This document shows, piece by piece, positions 16,336 through 26,004 of a stretch of 28,566 nucleotides of DNA. Source of the stretch: Planctomycetota bacterium (lineage in GTDB: Bacteria > Planctomycetota > PLA2 > JAEUHO01); the NCBI GenBank assembly GCA_050248855.1, contig JBFWRP010000040.1, forward strand, positions 1 to 28,566. Direction: 5' to 3'. The notes under the pieces are model-generated. The model saw nothing but the letters and a program-made list of their open reading frames with translations. It had not been told where the DNA came from and ran no database searches. Position numbers and translations under genes: made by a program. How positions within the stretch are numbered: the stretch's first letter is position 1; each line of letters starts with the position of its first letter.

Positions 16336-17558
16336 GCGCCCTGCCGTTCGTGCACAAGCAGCGCGGAGGCGCCGGCTCGGCCGCGGACGATCCGCGCTTG
16401 GACGACATCCGCAACGAGCTCGACACGTTGGCGCAGGCCGATCTCCGTCGCGTCGTACGCGTGACCGAGGCCCGTGGCGCACGGACCCTCGGACGTGACG
16501 GCCGCCCGCTCGTGGACCTTGCCAGCAACGACTACCTCGGGCTCGCGCGCGACCCGCGGCTGGCCGACGCTGCGGCCGAAGCCGCGCGCGTCGAGGGAAG
16601 CGGGGCCGGCGCCGCGCGCTTGGTCACCGGCACCCGACCCGGGCATGCCGCGCTCGAGGCCGAGCTCGTGGCGTCCTTCGGAGGCGCCGCCGCCCTCGTC
16701 ACCGCGAGCGGCTTCGCCGCCAACCTGGCCGTGCTCGGGGCCCTGCTCGGACCGGACGACCTGGTCGCCAGCGACATCCGCAACCACGCCTCGCTCATCG
16801 ACGGGCTGCGCCTCGCCGGCGCCACCCGGCGGCTCGTGGATGCCCGCGACCCCGCGCAGGTGCAGAAAGCCCTGGCCGACCGCCATCGCTTCCGGCGCGC
16901 GGCCATCGTGGTCGAGGGGCTCCACGGCCTGGACGGCGACCTGCTGCCGCTGGCCCCGCTGCGGGAGATCGCGGAGACGGCCCAGGCCTTCCTCGTCGTG
17001 GACGAAGCGCATGCCTTCGGCGTCGTGGGGCCCGACGGAGGAGGCGCCTGCCGGGCCGCCGGCCTCTCCCCGACCGACCCGGCGCTCGTCCGCACGGGCA
17101 CGCTCGGCAAGGCCTTGGGCGCCCAGGGTGCGTTCGTGCTGGGCGCGCAGGAGGTCGTGGACCTCGTCACGCAGCGAGGGCGGGCCTTCGTGTTCTCCAC
17201 GGCGCTGGCGCCGACCGCGGTGGGCGCCGCGCGCGCCGGTCTGCGCGTGGCCGGAGCAGAGCCCTGGCGCCGGCTGCGCTGCCTCGACCTGGCGGCGCGC
17301 CTGGCCGAGGGCGTGCCCGCGCGACCACCGACCGCCACGCGACCGGCCGGTGGAATCCTCTCGGTGGAGCTCGGCGCACCGCGTGCCGCCCTGGCCGCCG
17401 CCGAGCGACTGGCCGCCGAGCACGGCGTCCTGGCCATCGCCCTGCGTCCGCCCACGGTGCCCGCGGGATCCTCGAGGCTGCGCCTCACGGTCGGCAGCGA
17501 CCTGTCCGACGACGGCCTGGACGCGTCGGTGCGCGCCTTGCGCGAGGTACTGGGATGA
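16332..17558 (+). CDS. bioF: 8-amino-7-oxononanoate synthase
   Basis: SNDYLGL, SGFAAN, NHASLIDG, DEAH, GTLGKALG, RPPTVP..SRLR; biotin operon context. Confidence 0.9.
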   Translation: MSALPFVHKQRGGAGSAADDPRLDDIRNELDTLAQADLRRVVRVTEARGARTLGRDGRPLVDLASNDYLGLARDPRLADAAAEAARVEGSGAGAARLVTGTRPGHAALEAELVASFGGAAALVTASGFAANLAVLGALLGPDDLVASDIRNHASLIDGLRLAGATRRLVDARDPAQVQKALADRHRFRRAAIVVEGLHGLDGDLLPLAPLREIAETAQAFLVVDEAHAFGVVGPDGGGACRAAGLSPTDPALVRTGTLGKALGAQGAFVLGAQEVVDLVTQRGRAFVFSTALAPTAVGAARAGLRVAGAEPWRRLRCLDLAARLAEGVPARPPTATRPAGGILSVELGAPRAALAAAERLAAEHGVLAIALRPPTVPAGSSRLRLTVGSDLSDDGLDASVRALREVLG

Positions 17559-19648
17559 CCGCGCCCAGCGTCGGCCGCTCCGGGCTTCCGCTGGGTGGTG
17601 CGCTGCTGGTCGCGGGCACCGACACGGGCGTCGGCAAGACGTGCGTCACCGCGGGCTTGGCGCGCGCGCTGGTGCGACGGGGGCTGCATCCCACGGTGTG
17701 GAAGCCCTTCGCCACCGGTGTCCCGGCGGACCGCCTCGAGCCCGGCGAGGACGCCGACCTGTTGGGTGCGGCCGTCGGCCTGCCGCCCGAGGCCCGAAGG
17801 GACATCGTGACCTGGCGCTTCGCGATGCCCGCCGCCCCGGCCCGCGCCGCCGCGGCCGAGGGCCGCTCGCTGCCGCTGCGTGCATCGCCCGCGGACCTGC
17901 CGTCGACGGCCGGCGGCCCGTTGCTCGTCGAAGGCTGCGGCGGCTGGCGCGTGCCGCTGGGGCCGGGCCTGGATGCGGACTTCGGCCGGTGGGCGTCGGG
18001 CCTCGGGATGCCCGTGCTCGTCGTCGCCTCAGGTCGCCTGGGCACGCTCAACCACACGCGTCTTGCGGTGGACGCCATCGAGAGCGACGGTCTCGACGTG
18101 CTGGGCGTCGTCGTCGTGCGGACGGAGCCGGCGACGATCGAGGACGAGATGCGGGACGACCCCCGGCTCCTGCAGGCGAGCCTTCCGGTTCCGGTGCTCG
18201 GCGTGATGCAGGCCGTGCGCGAGCCGCGCGACGTCGATGCCTTGGCCGATGCCGTCGACGCTGCGATCGATGTGGACGCCCTGCACGCACGCATCCGGGA
18301 GGCGACCTCGCGCGCCGGGATCGAGGCCCTGGAGCGCGCCGACCGGCGCGACGTCTGGCATCCGTTCACGCAGATGCGCGAGTACGAGGACCGTGATCCG
18401 ATCGTCATCGAGCGCGGCGACGGCGTGTGGCTTGGTGACATCCGCGGCCGGCGGTACCTGGACGGCGTGGCCTCCTTGTGGGTGAACGTGCTGGGTCACC
18501 GCGATCCCCACGTCGACCGGGCCGTGCGCCGCCAGCTGGGGCGCGTCGCCCACTCGACGCTCTTGGGCCTGGGCAACGATGCCGCGGCCGCGGCGGCAAC
18601 CCGGCTCCTCGAACACGTGCCCGGTGAGGGCCAGCTCACGCGCGTGTTCTGGAGCGACAACGGCAGCACGGCGGTCGAGGTGGCGCTGAAGATGGCCTGG
18701 CAGGCAGCCCGTCAACGGGGCGAGGAGCGGCGGCGCGTTTTCGTGCACTTCGAGGACGGCTACCACGGCGACACGCTCGGGGCCGTCAGCGTGGGCGGCA
18801 TCGACGTGTTCCACGCCACGTTCGACGGCTTGTTGTTCGACGCCGTGCGCCTACCCGCTCCGTGGCACCACGAGGCCAGCCTCGGCGCGCTGCAGGCGCT
18901 CCTCCAGACCCGCGGCGACGAGATCGCCGCCGTGGTCGTCGAACCGCTGATCCAGGGCGCCGGGGGCATGCGTCGGCAGCGCTCCGGCTGGCTGGCGGAG
19001 GTCGCGCGCGGGACGCGCGCGGCGGGCGCGCTGCTCATCGCCGACGAGGTGGCGACCGGCTTCGGACGGACCGGACGCTGGTTCGCCGTCGAACACGAGG
19101 GTGTCGTGCCCGATCTCCTCTGCGTGGCCAAGGGCCTGACGGGGGGCTACCTGCCCTTGGCCGCGACGGTCGCGAGCGACGCCGTCTACGAGGCCTTCTT
19201 GGCCGAACCGGCCGCGGGCAAGCAGCTGTTCCACGGACACACCTACACGGGCAACCCGCTCGCCTGCGCCGCGGCGCTCGCGACCATGGAGCGGATGGAG
19301 GCCCTGGGCCTGGTGGCGCACGCCGAGCGCATGGGGCGCCACCTGGAGACCGCCCTCGCGCATCGTCTCGGGAGCCACCGGGGCGTCCGGGCCATCCGCA
19401 CGCTGGGCCTCATGGGCGGCGTGGAGCTGGGTCGTCCCGACGGCACGAGCTGGCCGCACGCTTGGCGCCTGGGCGTGCGGGTCTGTGACGAGGCGACGCG
19501 CCTCGGCGTCCGCCTCCGGCCGCTGGGCGACGTCGTGGTACTGATGCCCCCGCTGGCGATCGGAGCGGACGAGCTGGACCAGCTCGTGGACGTGCTCACC
19601 GAGGCCATCGAGACCGTCACCGCAGCGTACGAAGTGAGGACGCCATGA
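17555..19648 (+). CDS. bioD-bioA: Fused dethiobiotin synthetase / DAPA aminotransferase
   Basis: N-terminal GTDTGVGKT, VEGCGG, LGTLNHT (BioD); C-terminal WHPFTQ, SLWVN..GH, GSTAVEVALK, YHGDT, DEVATGFGRTG, AKGLTGG, HGHTY.GN (BioA); one uninterrupted ORF. Confidence 0.92.
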   Translation: MTAPSVGRSGLPLGGALLVAGTDTGVGKTCVTAGLARALVRRGLHPTVWKPFATGVPADRLEPGEDADLLGAAVGLPPEARRDIVTWRFAMPAAPARAAAAEGRSLPLRASPADLPSTAGGPLLVEGCGGWRVPLGPGLDADFGRWASGLGMPVLVVASGRLGTLNHTRLAVDAIESDGLDVLGVVVVRTEPATIEDEMRDDPRLLQASLPVPVLGVMQAVREPRDVDALADAVDAAIDVDALHARIREATSRAGIEALERADRRDVWHPFTQMREYEDRDPIVIERGDGVWLGDIRGRRYLDGVASLWVNVLGHRDPHVDRAVRRQLGRVAHSTLLGLGNDAAAAAATRLLEHVPGEGQLTRVFWSDNGSTAVEVALKMAWQAARQRGEERRRVFVHFEDGYHGDTLGAVSVGGIDVFHATFDGLLFDAVRLPAPWHHEASLGALQALLQTRGDEIAAVVVEPLIQGAGGMRRQRSGWLAEVARGTRAAGALLIADEVATGFGRTGRWFAVEHEGVVPDLLCVAKGLTGGYLPLAATVASDAVYEAFLAEPAAGKQLFHGHTYTGNPLACAAALATMERMEALGLVAHAERMGRHLETALAHRLGSHRGVRAIRTLGLMGGVELGRPDGTSWPHAWRLGVRVCDEATRLGVRLRPLGDVVVLMPPLAIGADELDQLVDVLTEAIETVTAAYEVRTP

Positions 19649-20655
19649 TCGACTTGGCCCGCCTGGTGGCAGAGGCGCGAGAGGCCCGCGGCCTCGGGCG
19701 CGAGCGTGCCCGCGAGCTGCTCCATGCCCCCGCCGCGGACGACTGGGCCATCGTGGCGGCGGCCGCCGCGCTGCGCGAGGAGCACTTCGGCCGTCGCGTC
19801 CGGTTGCACGTGCTCCTCAACGCGAAGAAGGGCGCGTGCCAGGAGGACTGCGGGTTCTGCTCGCAGTCCGCGCACCACGCGCCGGTGACGGGCATCGACG
19901 CCCACGAGATGCTCGACACGGAGTCGATCGTGCAGGCGGCGCGGCGGGCCAGCGCCCTCGGGGCCTACCGCTTCTGCATCGTGACGGCCACGCGCGGGCC
20001 CACGACACGGGACCTCGACCGCCTCGTGCCTGCCCTCGAGCGCATCCGTGACGAGCTGCCGGTCAAGGTGTGCTGTTCGCTGGGCCTGCTGGAGTCGGAC
20101 GCCCACGCCGATCGGTTGGCCGGCGCCGGCGTCGATCGCTTCAACCACAACCTGGAAGCCGGCCCCCGCGGCTACGCCGAGGTCTGCACGACGCACACAT
20201 GGGAAGAACGCGCGGAAACCGTGGCCCGCGCGCGACGCGCCGGCATGGGCACGTGCTGCGGCGGCATCGTCGGTCTCGAAGCGGACCACGAGGACTGGCT
20301 CGACTGGCTGTTCGCGCTCAGGGAGCTGGACGTGGACTCCGTGCCCGTGAACTTCCTCGATCCGCGCCCGGGCACGCCGCTGGCGCACCGCCCGAAGATC
20401 GCCCCGCGCGAAGCGCTGCGGCGCCTGGCGATCGTGCGCCTGGTCCACCCCCATCGCGAGGTGCGTGCGGCAGGAGGACGCGAGGTCGTCCTGCGCTCCC
20501 TGCAGCCGCTCGCCCTGGCCGTGGCCAACAGCATCTTCACCGAGGGCTACCTGACGACCGGCGGCGCCGGCGTCGACGACGACGCCCGGATGATCGAGGA
20601 CGCGGGCTACGTCGTGGAACGCCCGGAGACGGCCAGGAGCCACCAGCCGGCGTAG
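19645..20655 (+). CDS. bioB: Biotin synthase (radical SAM)
   Basis: CQEDCGFCSQS (CxxxCxxC), CCSLG, NHNLE, CCGGIVG, SVPVNFL, ANSIF..YLTT. Confidence 0.95.
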   Translation: MIDLARLVAEAREARGLGRERARELLHAPAADDWAIVAAAAALREEHFGRRVRLHVLLNAKKGACQEDCGFCSQSAHHAPVTGIDAHEMLDTESIVQAARRASALGAYRFCIVTATRGPTTRDLDRLVPALERIRDELPVKVCCSLGLLESDAHADRLAGAGVDRFNHNLEAGPRGYAEVCTTHTWEERAETVARARRAGMGTCCGGIVGLEADHEDWLDWLFALRELDVDSVPVNFLDPRPGTPLAHRPKIAPREALRRLAIVRLVHPHREVRAAGGREVVLRSLQPLALAVANSIFTEGYLTTGGAGVDDDARMIEDAGYVVERPETARSHQPA

Positions 20656-21446
20656 CGCTCGGGGTCCTCGACGGCCGCGATCTGGTCGTCGAAGCGCGCC
20701 TTCGTGGCGGCCGGCGACTCCGCCAGGTGCTGCGCCAGGAAGTCGACGTAGCCGTCGCGCCAGAAACGCAGCATGCGCGCGAAGGTGGCGCGCGGCGTGT
20801 TCGTGGTGTCCACGACGATCGGATGCACGCGCACGTCCTCGAACCCCGCCCCCCGCAGCTCGCGGAAGGCCTGGCGTCCGTGGTGCAAGTGCGTGCCCGT
20901 GGGCCGCACGACGGGTTCGGCGTCGAGGAACAGCCGACGACCGGGTTCCGTGGTCGCGTCCACGATCAGCCCCTGGTAGTCCTCCACGAGCGTGTAGACG
21001 AGCCCCCCCGGCGTGAGCAGGCGATGCGCCTCGGCCAGGAACGCGGGCGGGTCGCCGACGGCCTGGAGCACGTGACGGATCGTGACCACGTCGAAGGCGC
21101 CGCTCGGCAGACCCGTCGCGCGCGCATCGCCGGCGACAAGCGCCACGTCGGCGCGGCCATCCGCTTCGAGGTCGCGACGCGCGACCGCCAGGTGACCCGG
21201 GAACAAGTCGAGGCCCGTCGCCTCGAGGTGGTTCCACGTGCGCGTGACTTCGCGCAGGAAGCGGCCCGTTCCGCAGGCCAGGTCGAGCAGCCGAGCCGCG
21301 CGGCCGACGCCCAGTCGCTCGAGGATCGGACGCTCGTGGGGCCAGATCATCTCGATCTGCGCCTGCAGGGTCCCGACCATCGTCGGGTCCTCCATGGCGT
21401 GGCGCTGGCCGTACGTCTCGGCGTCGGGAGTCGGGGAGGAGGACAT
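20607..21446 (-). CDS. Class I SAM-dependent methyltransferase; in frame with the upstream SDR with no stop between them
   Basis: LLDLACGTG, GDA..LPSGAFDVV..RHVLQ, LLTPGG; ATG 21446 is preceded by TAGCCT at 7 nt. Confidence 0.8.
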   Translation of the reverse strand: MSSSPTPDAETYGQRHAMEDPTMVGTLQAQIEMIWPHERPILERLGVGRAARLLDLACGTGRFLREVTRTWNHLEATGLDLFPGHLAVARRDLEADGRADVALVAGDARATGLPSGAFDVVTIRHVLQAVGDPPAFLAEAHRLLTPGGLVYTLVEDYQGLIVDATTEPGRRLFLDAEPVVRPTGTHLHHGRQAFRELRGAGFEDVRVHPIVVDTTNTPRATFARMLRFWRDGYVDFLAQHLAESPAATKARFDDQIAAVEDPERYAGWWLLAVSGRSTT

Positions 21447-22271
21447 GCCTCCGAGGCTACGTGGCCGGTCAAGGGGTGTCGTCGTCCGCCGGCGGGGCGG
21501 CCGCGCCTTCGAGCCCCTCGCGCGCCTCAAGATCCGGGCCCTCCAGCCGAGGGGCAGGCGCCGCGCGATCCCGATCAGCAGGTGCAGGCGGCGCGGGAAC
21601 ACGACGCGCCGACGCCCCCGGAGCACGCCGCGCAGCAGCCGGCGAACGCCCGTTTGCGTGTCGACGAGGAAGGGCATCGGGTGCTTGTTGGTCGCGGTCA
21701 GCTCGGACTCGATGAAGCCGGGGTGCACGACGGTCACCTCGACGCCGGTGCCGTGCAGCTCGATCTCGACGCTCTCGAGCCACCGCGCGAGCGCGGCTTT
21801 CGTTGCGGCGTAGCCGCCCGAGCCCGGCAGCCCCAGGAACGCCGCTTGGCTCGAGATGCCCACGAGCCGCCCACTGCCGCGGCGCACCATCGCCGGTGCC
21901 GCGTGCCGCGCGACATTCCAAGCGCCGACGAGATTGACGTCCACCATCCTCGCGAAGTGCTCGTGCGTCTCGCGGAGCAACGGCGACGACAGGCCTACGC
22001 CCGCATTCAGCATCACGAGGTCGGGTACGCCGAGCTCCCGCTCCACGCGTTGCACGGCGTCGCGCACCGCGCCCTCGTCGGTGACGTCGACCTCCAGCGC
22101 GAGCGCGCGAGCGCCGGCCGCCTGCACGGCACCCGCCACCTCGGCCAGGCGGTCCGGCCGGCGGGCCAAGAGGGCCACGTGCCAGCCCTGGCTCGCCAGC
22201 TGGCGGGCCATCTCCGCACCCAAGCCGCTCGACGCCCCCGTCACCAGGGCCACCCGGGCGCGGCCCTCCAC
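20607..22271 (-). CDS. SDR oxidoreductase (domain about 21500-22271) reading through into the methyltransferase as a possible fusion
   Basis: TGASSGLG, NAG, YAATK, HPGFI; GTG start 1 nt after the HMG-CoA lyase stop; first in-frame stop is at 20607. Confidence 0.7.
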   Translation of the reverse strand: MEGRARVALVTGASSGLGAEMARQLASQGWHVALLARRPDRLAEVAGAVQAAGARALALEVDVTDEGAVRDAVQRVERELGVPDLVMLNAGVGLSSPLLRETHEHFARMVDVNLVGAWNVARHAAPAMVRRGSGRLVGISSQAAFLGLPGSGGYAATKAALARWLESVEIELHGTGVEVTVVHPGFIESELTATNKHPMPFLVDTQTGVRRLLRGVLRGRRRVVFPRRLHLLIGIARRLPLGWRARILRRARGSKARPPRRRTTTPLDRPRSLGGMSSSPTPDAETYGQRHAMEDPTMVGTLQAQIEMIWPHERPILERLGVGRAARLLDLACGTGRFLREVTRTWNHLEATGLDLFPGHLAVARRDLEADGRADVALVAGDARATGLPSGAFDVVTIRHVLQAVGDPPAFLAEAHRLLTPGGLVYTLVEDYQGLIVDATTEPGRRLFLDAEPVVRPTGTHLHHGRQAFRELRGAGFEDVRVHPIVVDTTNTPRATFARMLRFWRDGYVDFLAQHLAESPAATKARFDDQIAAVEDPERYAGWWLLAVSGRSTT

Positions 22272-22272
22272 G

Positions 22273-23202
22273 TCAGCTCCGGCGGGACCGCGGAAGCGGC
22301 GGGGCCTGTCGCACGCGGCCCACGAAGGGATGGCCCAGGTGCGGGACGAGCACCTCGCTGGCGGCCCGCAGGCGCTCGAGGTCGATCCCGTGCTGGATGC
22401 CCAGGCCGTCGAGCAGGAACACGAGGTCTTCGGTGGCAAGGTTGCCGCTGGCGCCGGGCGCGAAGGGGCAACCGCCGAGTCCCGCGGCGCTGGCATCGAA
22501 CGACGTGATGCCGAAGCGCAGGCCCTCGACGACGTTGGCGATCGCCATCCCGCGCGTGTCGTGGAAGTGCAGCACGATGTGGTCGGCATCCACCTCGGCG
22601 AGTACCACGTCGAGCAGCGCGGCGATGTCCGCGGGCGTGCCCGCGCCGATCGTGTCGCCGAGCGAGATCTCCTCGCAGCCCAGGTCCAGCAGCTGCTGCG
22701 TGACGCGGACGACGGCGGCCGGCTCGATGGGCCCCTCGAAGGGGCAGGCCACGGCGCAGCTGACGTAGCCGCGGACGTGGACTTGCTCCGCGAGCGCGGC
22801 CATCACGACCGGCCGGAAGCGCTCGATCGTCTCGGCGATCGATGCGTTCACGTTGCGCTGGCTGAAGGTCTCGCTGGCAGCGGCAAACACGCCGATCTTG
22901 CCTACGCCCGAGGCCCGGGCCGCCTCCCAGCCTCGCTCGTTGGGGACCAGCGCGCTCCACGTCACGCCGTCGGGCGCAGGCCCGAGCGCCGCCATGACCT
23001 CGCGTGCGTCGGCCAGCTGCGGCACGCGGTCGGGCCGCACGAACGACGTCACCTCGATGTCGGTCAAGCCCGCCGCGACGAGCCCGCGCACGAACGCCAC
23101 CTTGACGTCCGTGGGCACGGGCTGGCGCTCGTTCTGCAAGCCATCGCGCGGCCCCATCTCCGTGATGTGCACGCGGCGCGGAAACGGCCGGCCCAGGCTC
23201 AC
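22273..23202 (-). CDS. liuE: Hydroxymethylglutaryl-CoA lyase
   Basis: GPRDGLQNE, SFV.P..VPQLAD, SLGDTIG, HFHDT, GLGGCPFAPGASGNLATED; GTGA coupling. Confidence 0.92.
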   Translation of the reverse strand: MSLGRPFPRRVHITEMGPRDGLQNERQPVPTDVKVAFVRGLVAAGLTDIEVTSFVRPDRVPQLADAREVMAALGPAPDGVTWSALVPNERGWEAARASGVGKIGVFAAASETFSQRNVNASIAETIERFRPVVMAALAEQVHVRGYVSCAVACPFEGPIEPAAVVRVTQQLLDLGCEEISLGDTIGAGTPADIAALLDVVLAEVDADHIVLHFHDTRGMAIANVVEGLRFGITSFDASAAGLGGCPFAPGASGNLATEDLVFLLDGLGIQHGIDLERLRAASEVLVPHLGHPFVGRVRQAPPLPRSRRS

Positions 23203-23705
23203 GCGTCGGCAAACTCCACCACGATGCCTCCCAGCTCGACGGAGGTGCCCACGTTGGCGTGGACGCGTGCCACGCGGCCCTCCCGAGGCGCGCGCACGAC
23301 GTACTCCATCTTCATGGCCTCGACGACGAAAAGCTCCTGACCGGGCTCTACGGCGTCGCCCGCCGCGACCGAGACCTTGACCAGCGTACCCGTCATGGGG
23401 CTGTCGGCGGAATGGGCATGCGCGGCATCCTCGGCGGTGTCGTTCTCCGTGGCTTCGCGCACCTCGTAGGTGCGGCCCCCCACGGCCACGTACGTGACCT
23501 CGCCGGCCCGCCGCACGGTGGCCACGACCCGGCGCTCGCCGTCGACGAGGCGCACGCGCCCGTCGCCCAGCCGCTCCACGTCGACGCGCACGGGGGTAGG
23601 CCCGCTGCCGCGGTCGAGCGTCCCCTCCAGGTGCCCTTCGGCCACCTGGAGCGCCGCCGCGACGGCTTCCTCGGCCGCCTTCCACGTCCGGTGGAGCGAG
23701 GTCAT
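23199..23705 (-). CDS. Biotin carboxyl carrier subunit (BT + biotinyl domain) of acyl-CoA carboxylase
   Basis: SPMTG, EAMKME biotinylation motif; ATGA coupling with the biotin carboxylase. Confidence 0.88.
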   Translation of the reverse strand: MTSLHRTWKAAEEAVAAALQVAEGHLEGTLDRGSGPTPVRVDVERLGDGRVRLVDGERRVVATVRRAGEVTYVAVGGRTYEVREATENDTAEDAAHAHSADSPMTGTLVKVSVAAGDAVEPGQELFVVEAMKMEYVVRAPREGRVARVHANVGTSVELGGIVVEFADA

Positions 23706-25210
23706 CGGCCACCTCCCTCGCCGAGCCGGAAGGCGCCGAGCGTGGCCCAGGGGCCGGCGGGGCGGCCGGGTCCCGAGCGGCTCGGCGCGCTGGTCGCCGG
23801 GGCCGCCGTCGCCGCCGCCAGCAGCACCAGGTCGTCCGGCGGGTCTTCCACGACGAGGCGCTCCACCTCGCGGTCGATGCCGTCGATGCGCAGGCGGCAC
23901 GGGTCGGCGAACAGGGCATCGGCCAGCAAGGTGCGCAGGAAGCCGATGTTGTGCCGGACGCCCATCACGACGGTCTCGGCCAGCGCGGCATCCAGTCGCG
24001 CGCGCGCTTCTTCGCGCGTGGCCCCGTGCGCGATCACCTTGGCCAGCAGCGGGTCGTAGTACGGCGGCACGCGCACGCCGTCGCCGAGCACGCCGTCCAC
24101 GCGGATGCCGGGCCCCGCTGGCGAGCGCGCATGCAGGATCGTGCCCGGCGAGGGCAGGAACCCCCGCGGCGGGTCCTCGGCATAGACGCGGGCCTCGATC
24201 GCATGTCCGCGGCCCTCGAACGCATCGGACGGCGGCAGGCGCTCGCCCGCGGCAAGGCGCAGCTGCCAGGTCACGAGGTCGACGCCGAAGACCGCTTCCG
24301 TGACGGGGTGCTCCACCTGCAGGCGGCGGTTCATCTCGAGGAACCAGACCGCCCCGTCCGCATCGAGCAGCATCTCGACGGTGCCCGCACCTTGGTACGC
24401 CAGCGCGCGGGCGGCCTCGACGCCCGCGGCGTGGATCGCGGCCCGCTGCGCGTCGCCCAGGCCCGGCGCCGGACACTCTTCGAGCACCTTCTGGTGGCGG
24501 CGCTGCATGGAGCAGTCGCGCTCGCCCACGGCCACCACGCCGCCATGCGCGTCGGCCAGGATCTGGACTTCGACGTGGCGCGCGGGCTCGACGATGCGCT
24601 CGAGGTAGAGGTCGGCGCGTCCGAACGCGCCGGCGGCCTCGCGTCGGGCGCCGGCCGCCGCCTCCACGAGATCGGCCTCGCGCACGACGCGGCGCATGCC
24701 CTTGCCACCGCCGCCCGCGACGGCTTTCACGAGCAGCGGGTAGCCCGTGGCGGCGCCCGCGTGGCGCAAGGCGCGCTCGTCATCGGCCACGGCCTCGAGC
24801 GGTCCGGGGATCACCGGCACACCCGCCTCGGCGACGCGACGCTTGACCACGAGCTTGTCGGCGGAGGCCTCCAGCACGGAGGCCGGCGGGCCGACGAACA
24901 CGATGCCGGCGCTCTCGAGCGCACGCGGCAGGCGCGGGTCCTCCGACAGGAACCCGTAGCCGGGGTGGACGGCCTCGGCGCCCGTCGCCTTCGCCGCGGC
25001 CACGATCCGCTCGACGTCGAGGTACGAGGCGCGCGGCTCGGGCGGGCCGATCTCGACGCACTCGTCGGCTTCCAGGGCGTGCGGCGCGCCGCGGTCCGCT
25101 TCGGATGCCACGGCCACGCTGCCGATCCCCAGTACGCGGCAGGCACGGATGACCCGCAGCGCGATCTCGCCGCGGTTGGCAACTAGCACCTTGCGGTAGG
25201 GGATCGTCAC
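23702..25210 (-). CDS. liuD: Biotin carboxylase subunit of methylcrotonyl-CoA carboxylase (lacks a fused BCCP)
   Basis: ANRGEIA, HPGYGFLSE, GGGGKGMR, RDCSMQRRHQK, FLEMN.RLQVEHPVTE, YDPLLAK. Confidence 0.88.
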   Translation of the reverse strand: MTIPYRKVLVANRGEIALRVIRACRVLGIGSVAVASEADRGAPHALEADECVEIGPPEPRASYLDVERIVAAAKATGAEAVHPGYGFLSEDPRLPRALESAGIVFVGPPASVLEASADKLVVKRRVAEAGVPVIPGPLEAVADDERALRHAGAATGYPLLVKAVAGGGGKGMRRVVREADLVEAAAGARREAAGAFGRADLYLERIVEPARHVEVQILADAHGGVVAVGERDCSMQRRHQKVLEECPAPGLGDAQRAAIHAAGVEAARALAYQGAGTVEMLLDADGAVWFLEMNRRLQVEHPVTEAVFGVDLVTWQLRLAAGERLPPSDAFEGRGHAIEARVYAEDPPRGFLPSPGTILHARSPAGPGIRVDGVLGDGVRVPPYYDPLLAKVIAHGATREEARARLDAALAETVVMGVRHNIGFLRTLLADALFADPCRLRIDGIDREVERLVVEDPPDDLVLLAAATAAPATSAPSRSGPGRPAGPWATLGAFRLGEGGGR

Positions 25211-25995
25211 GCGTGGGGCTCCTGCCAGCGGGGTCGGCGGTGCTCGAGAAAGGCCGTCGTGCCTTCGCGCCCGTCCTCGGAGCCGCGCGCGGCGGCGATG
25301 GCCCGACGGGCCACCTCCTGCTGCGCGTCCCCGGACGTGGCCTCGACGTCGCGGACGAGCTGTTTGGCGGCGCGCACACCCTGCGGGCCGCCCATGCGGA
25401 TCGCGGCGAGGATGCCGTCGACGGCGGCGTCGAGCTCGGCCAGCGGCACGACGCGATGGACGAGCCCGAGCCGCAGGGCTTCGGCGGCGTTGAAGCGCTC
25501 GCCGGTCACGAACAGGTGCCGCGCTGCGCGGGCGCCCAGGGCGCGCACGACGTACGGCGCGATCACGCCGGGAACGAGGCCCAGGCGCACTTCGGGGAAG
25601 GCGAACGCGGTCTCCTCGGCGGCAATCGCGATGTCGACCGCCGCCACGAGGCCCGCGCCGCCGCCCATGGCCGCGCCCTGCACCCGCGCGACGACCGGCA
25701 CGGGATGCCGGTCGATGGCCTCGAAGGCCTCCTGGAAGCCGCGCGCATCGGCGAGGTTCTCCTCCAGGGAGTAGCCCGCTACACGTCGCATCCAGGCCAG
25801 GTCGCCGCCGGCACAGAAGGCCTTGCCCTCGCCCGCCAGCACGACGGCACGCAGGCTCGTGTCCTTGGCAAGCTCGCGGAAGGCGGCGGCCAGGCGCGCC
25901 GCCAGCTCGTCGTCGAAGGCGTTGCGCTTCCCGGGGCGGTCGAGGACGACGCGCGCCACGTCGTCGCTGCGTTCCACGCGGAGGTCGTCGGCCAC
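25207..25995 (-). CDS. liuC: Enoyl-CoA hydratase (methylglutaconyl-CoA hydratase-like)
   Basis: FCAGGDLAWM, MGGGAGL, PEVRLGLVP, TGERF; liu context. Confidence 0.85.
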   Translation of the reverse strand: MADDLRVERSDDVARVVLDRPGKRNAFDDELAARLAAAFRELAKDTSLRAVVLAGEGKAFCAGGDLAWMRRVAGYSLEENLADARGFQEAFEAIDRHPVPVVARVQGAAMGGGAGLVAAVDIAIAAEETAFAFPEVRLGLVPGVIAPYVVRALGARAARHLFVTGERFNAAEALRLGLVHRVVPLAELDAAVDGILAAIRMGGPQGVRAAKQLVRDVEATSGDAQQEVARRAIAAARGSEDGREGTTAFLEHRRPRWQEPHA

Positions 25996-26004
25996 GGCGC
26001 CCCC

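Noticed and set aside
20607..21446. Methyltransferase as BioC
   Set aside because: It is on the opposite strand from the bio operon and shows only generic class I motifs; nothing BioC-specific is recognisable.
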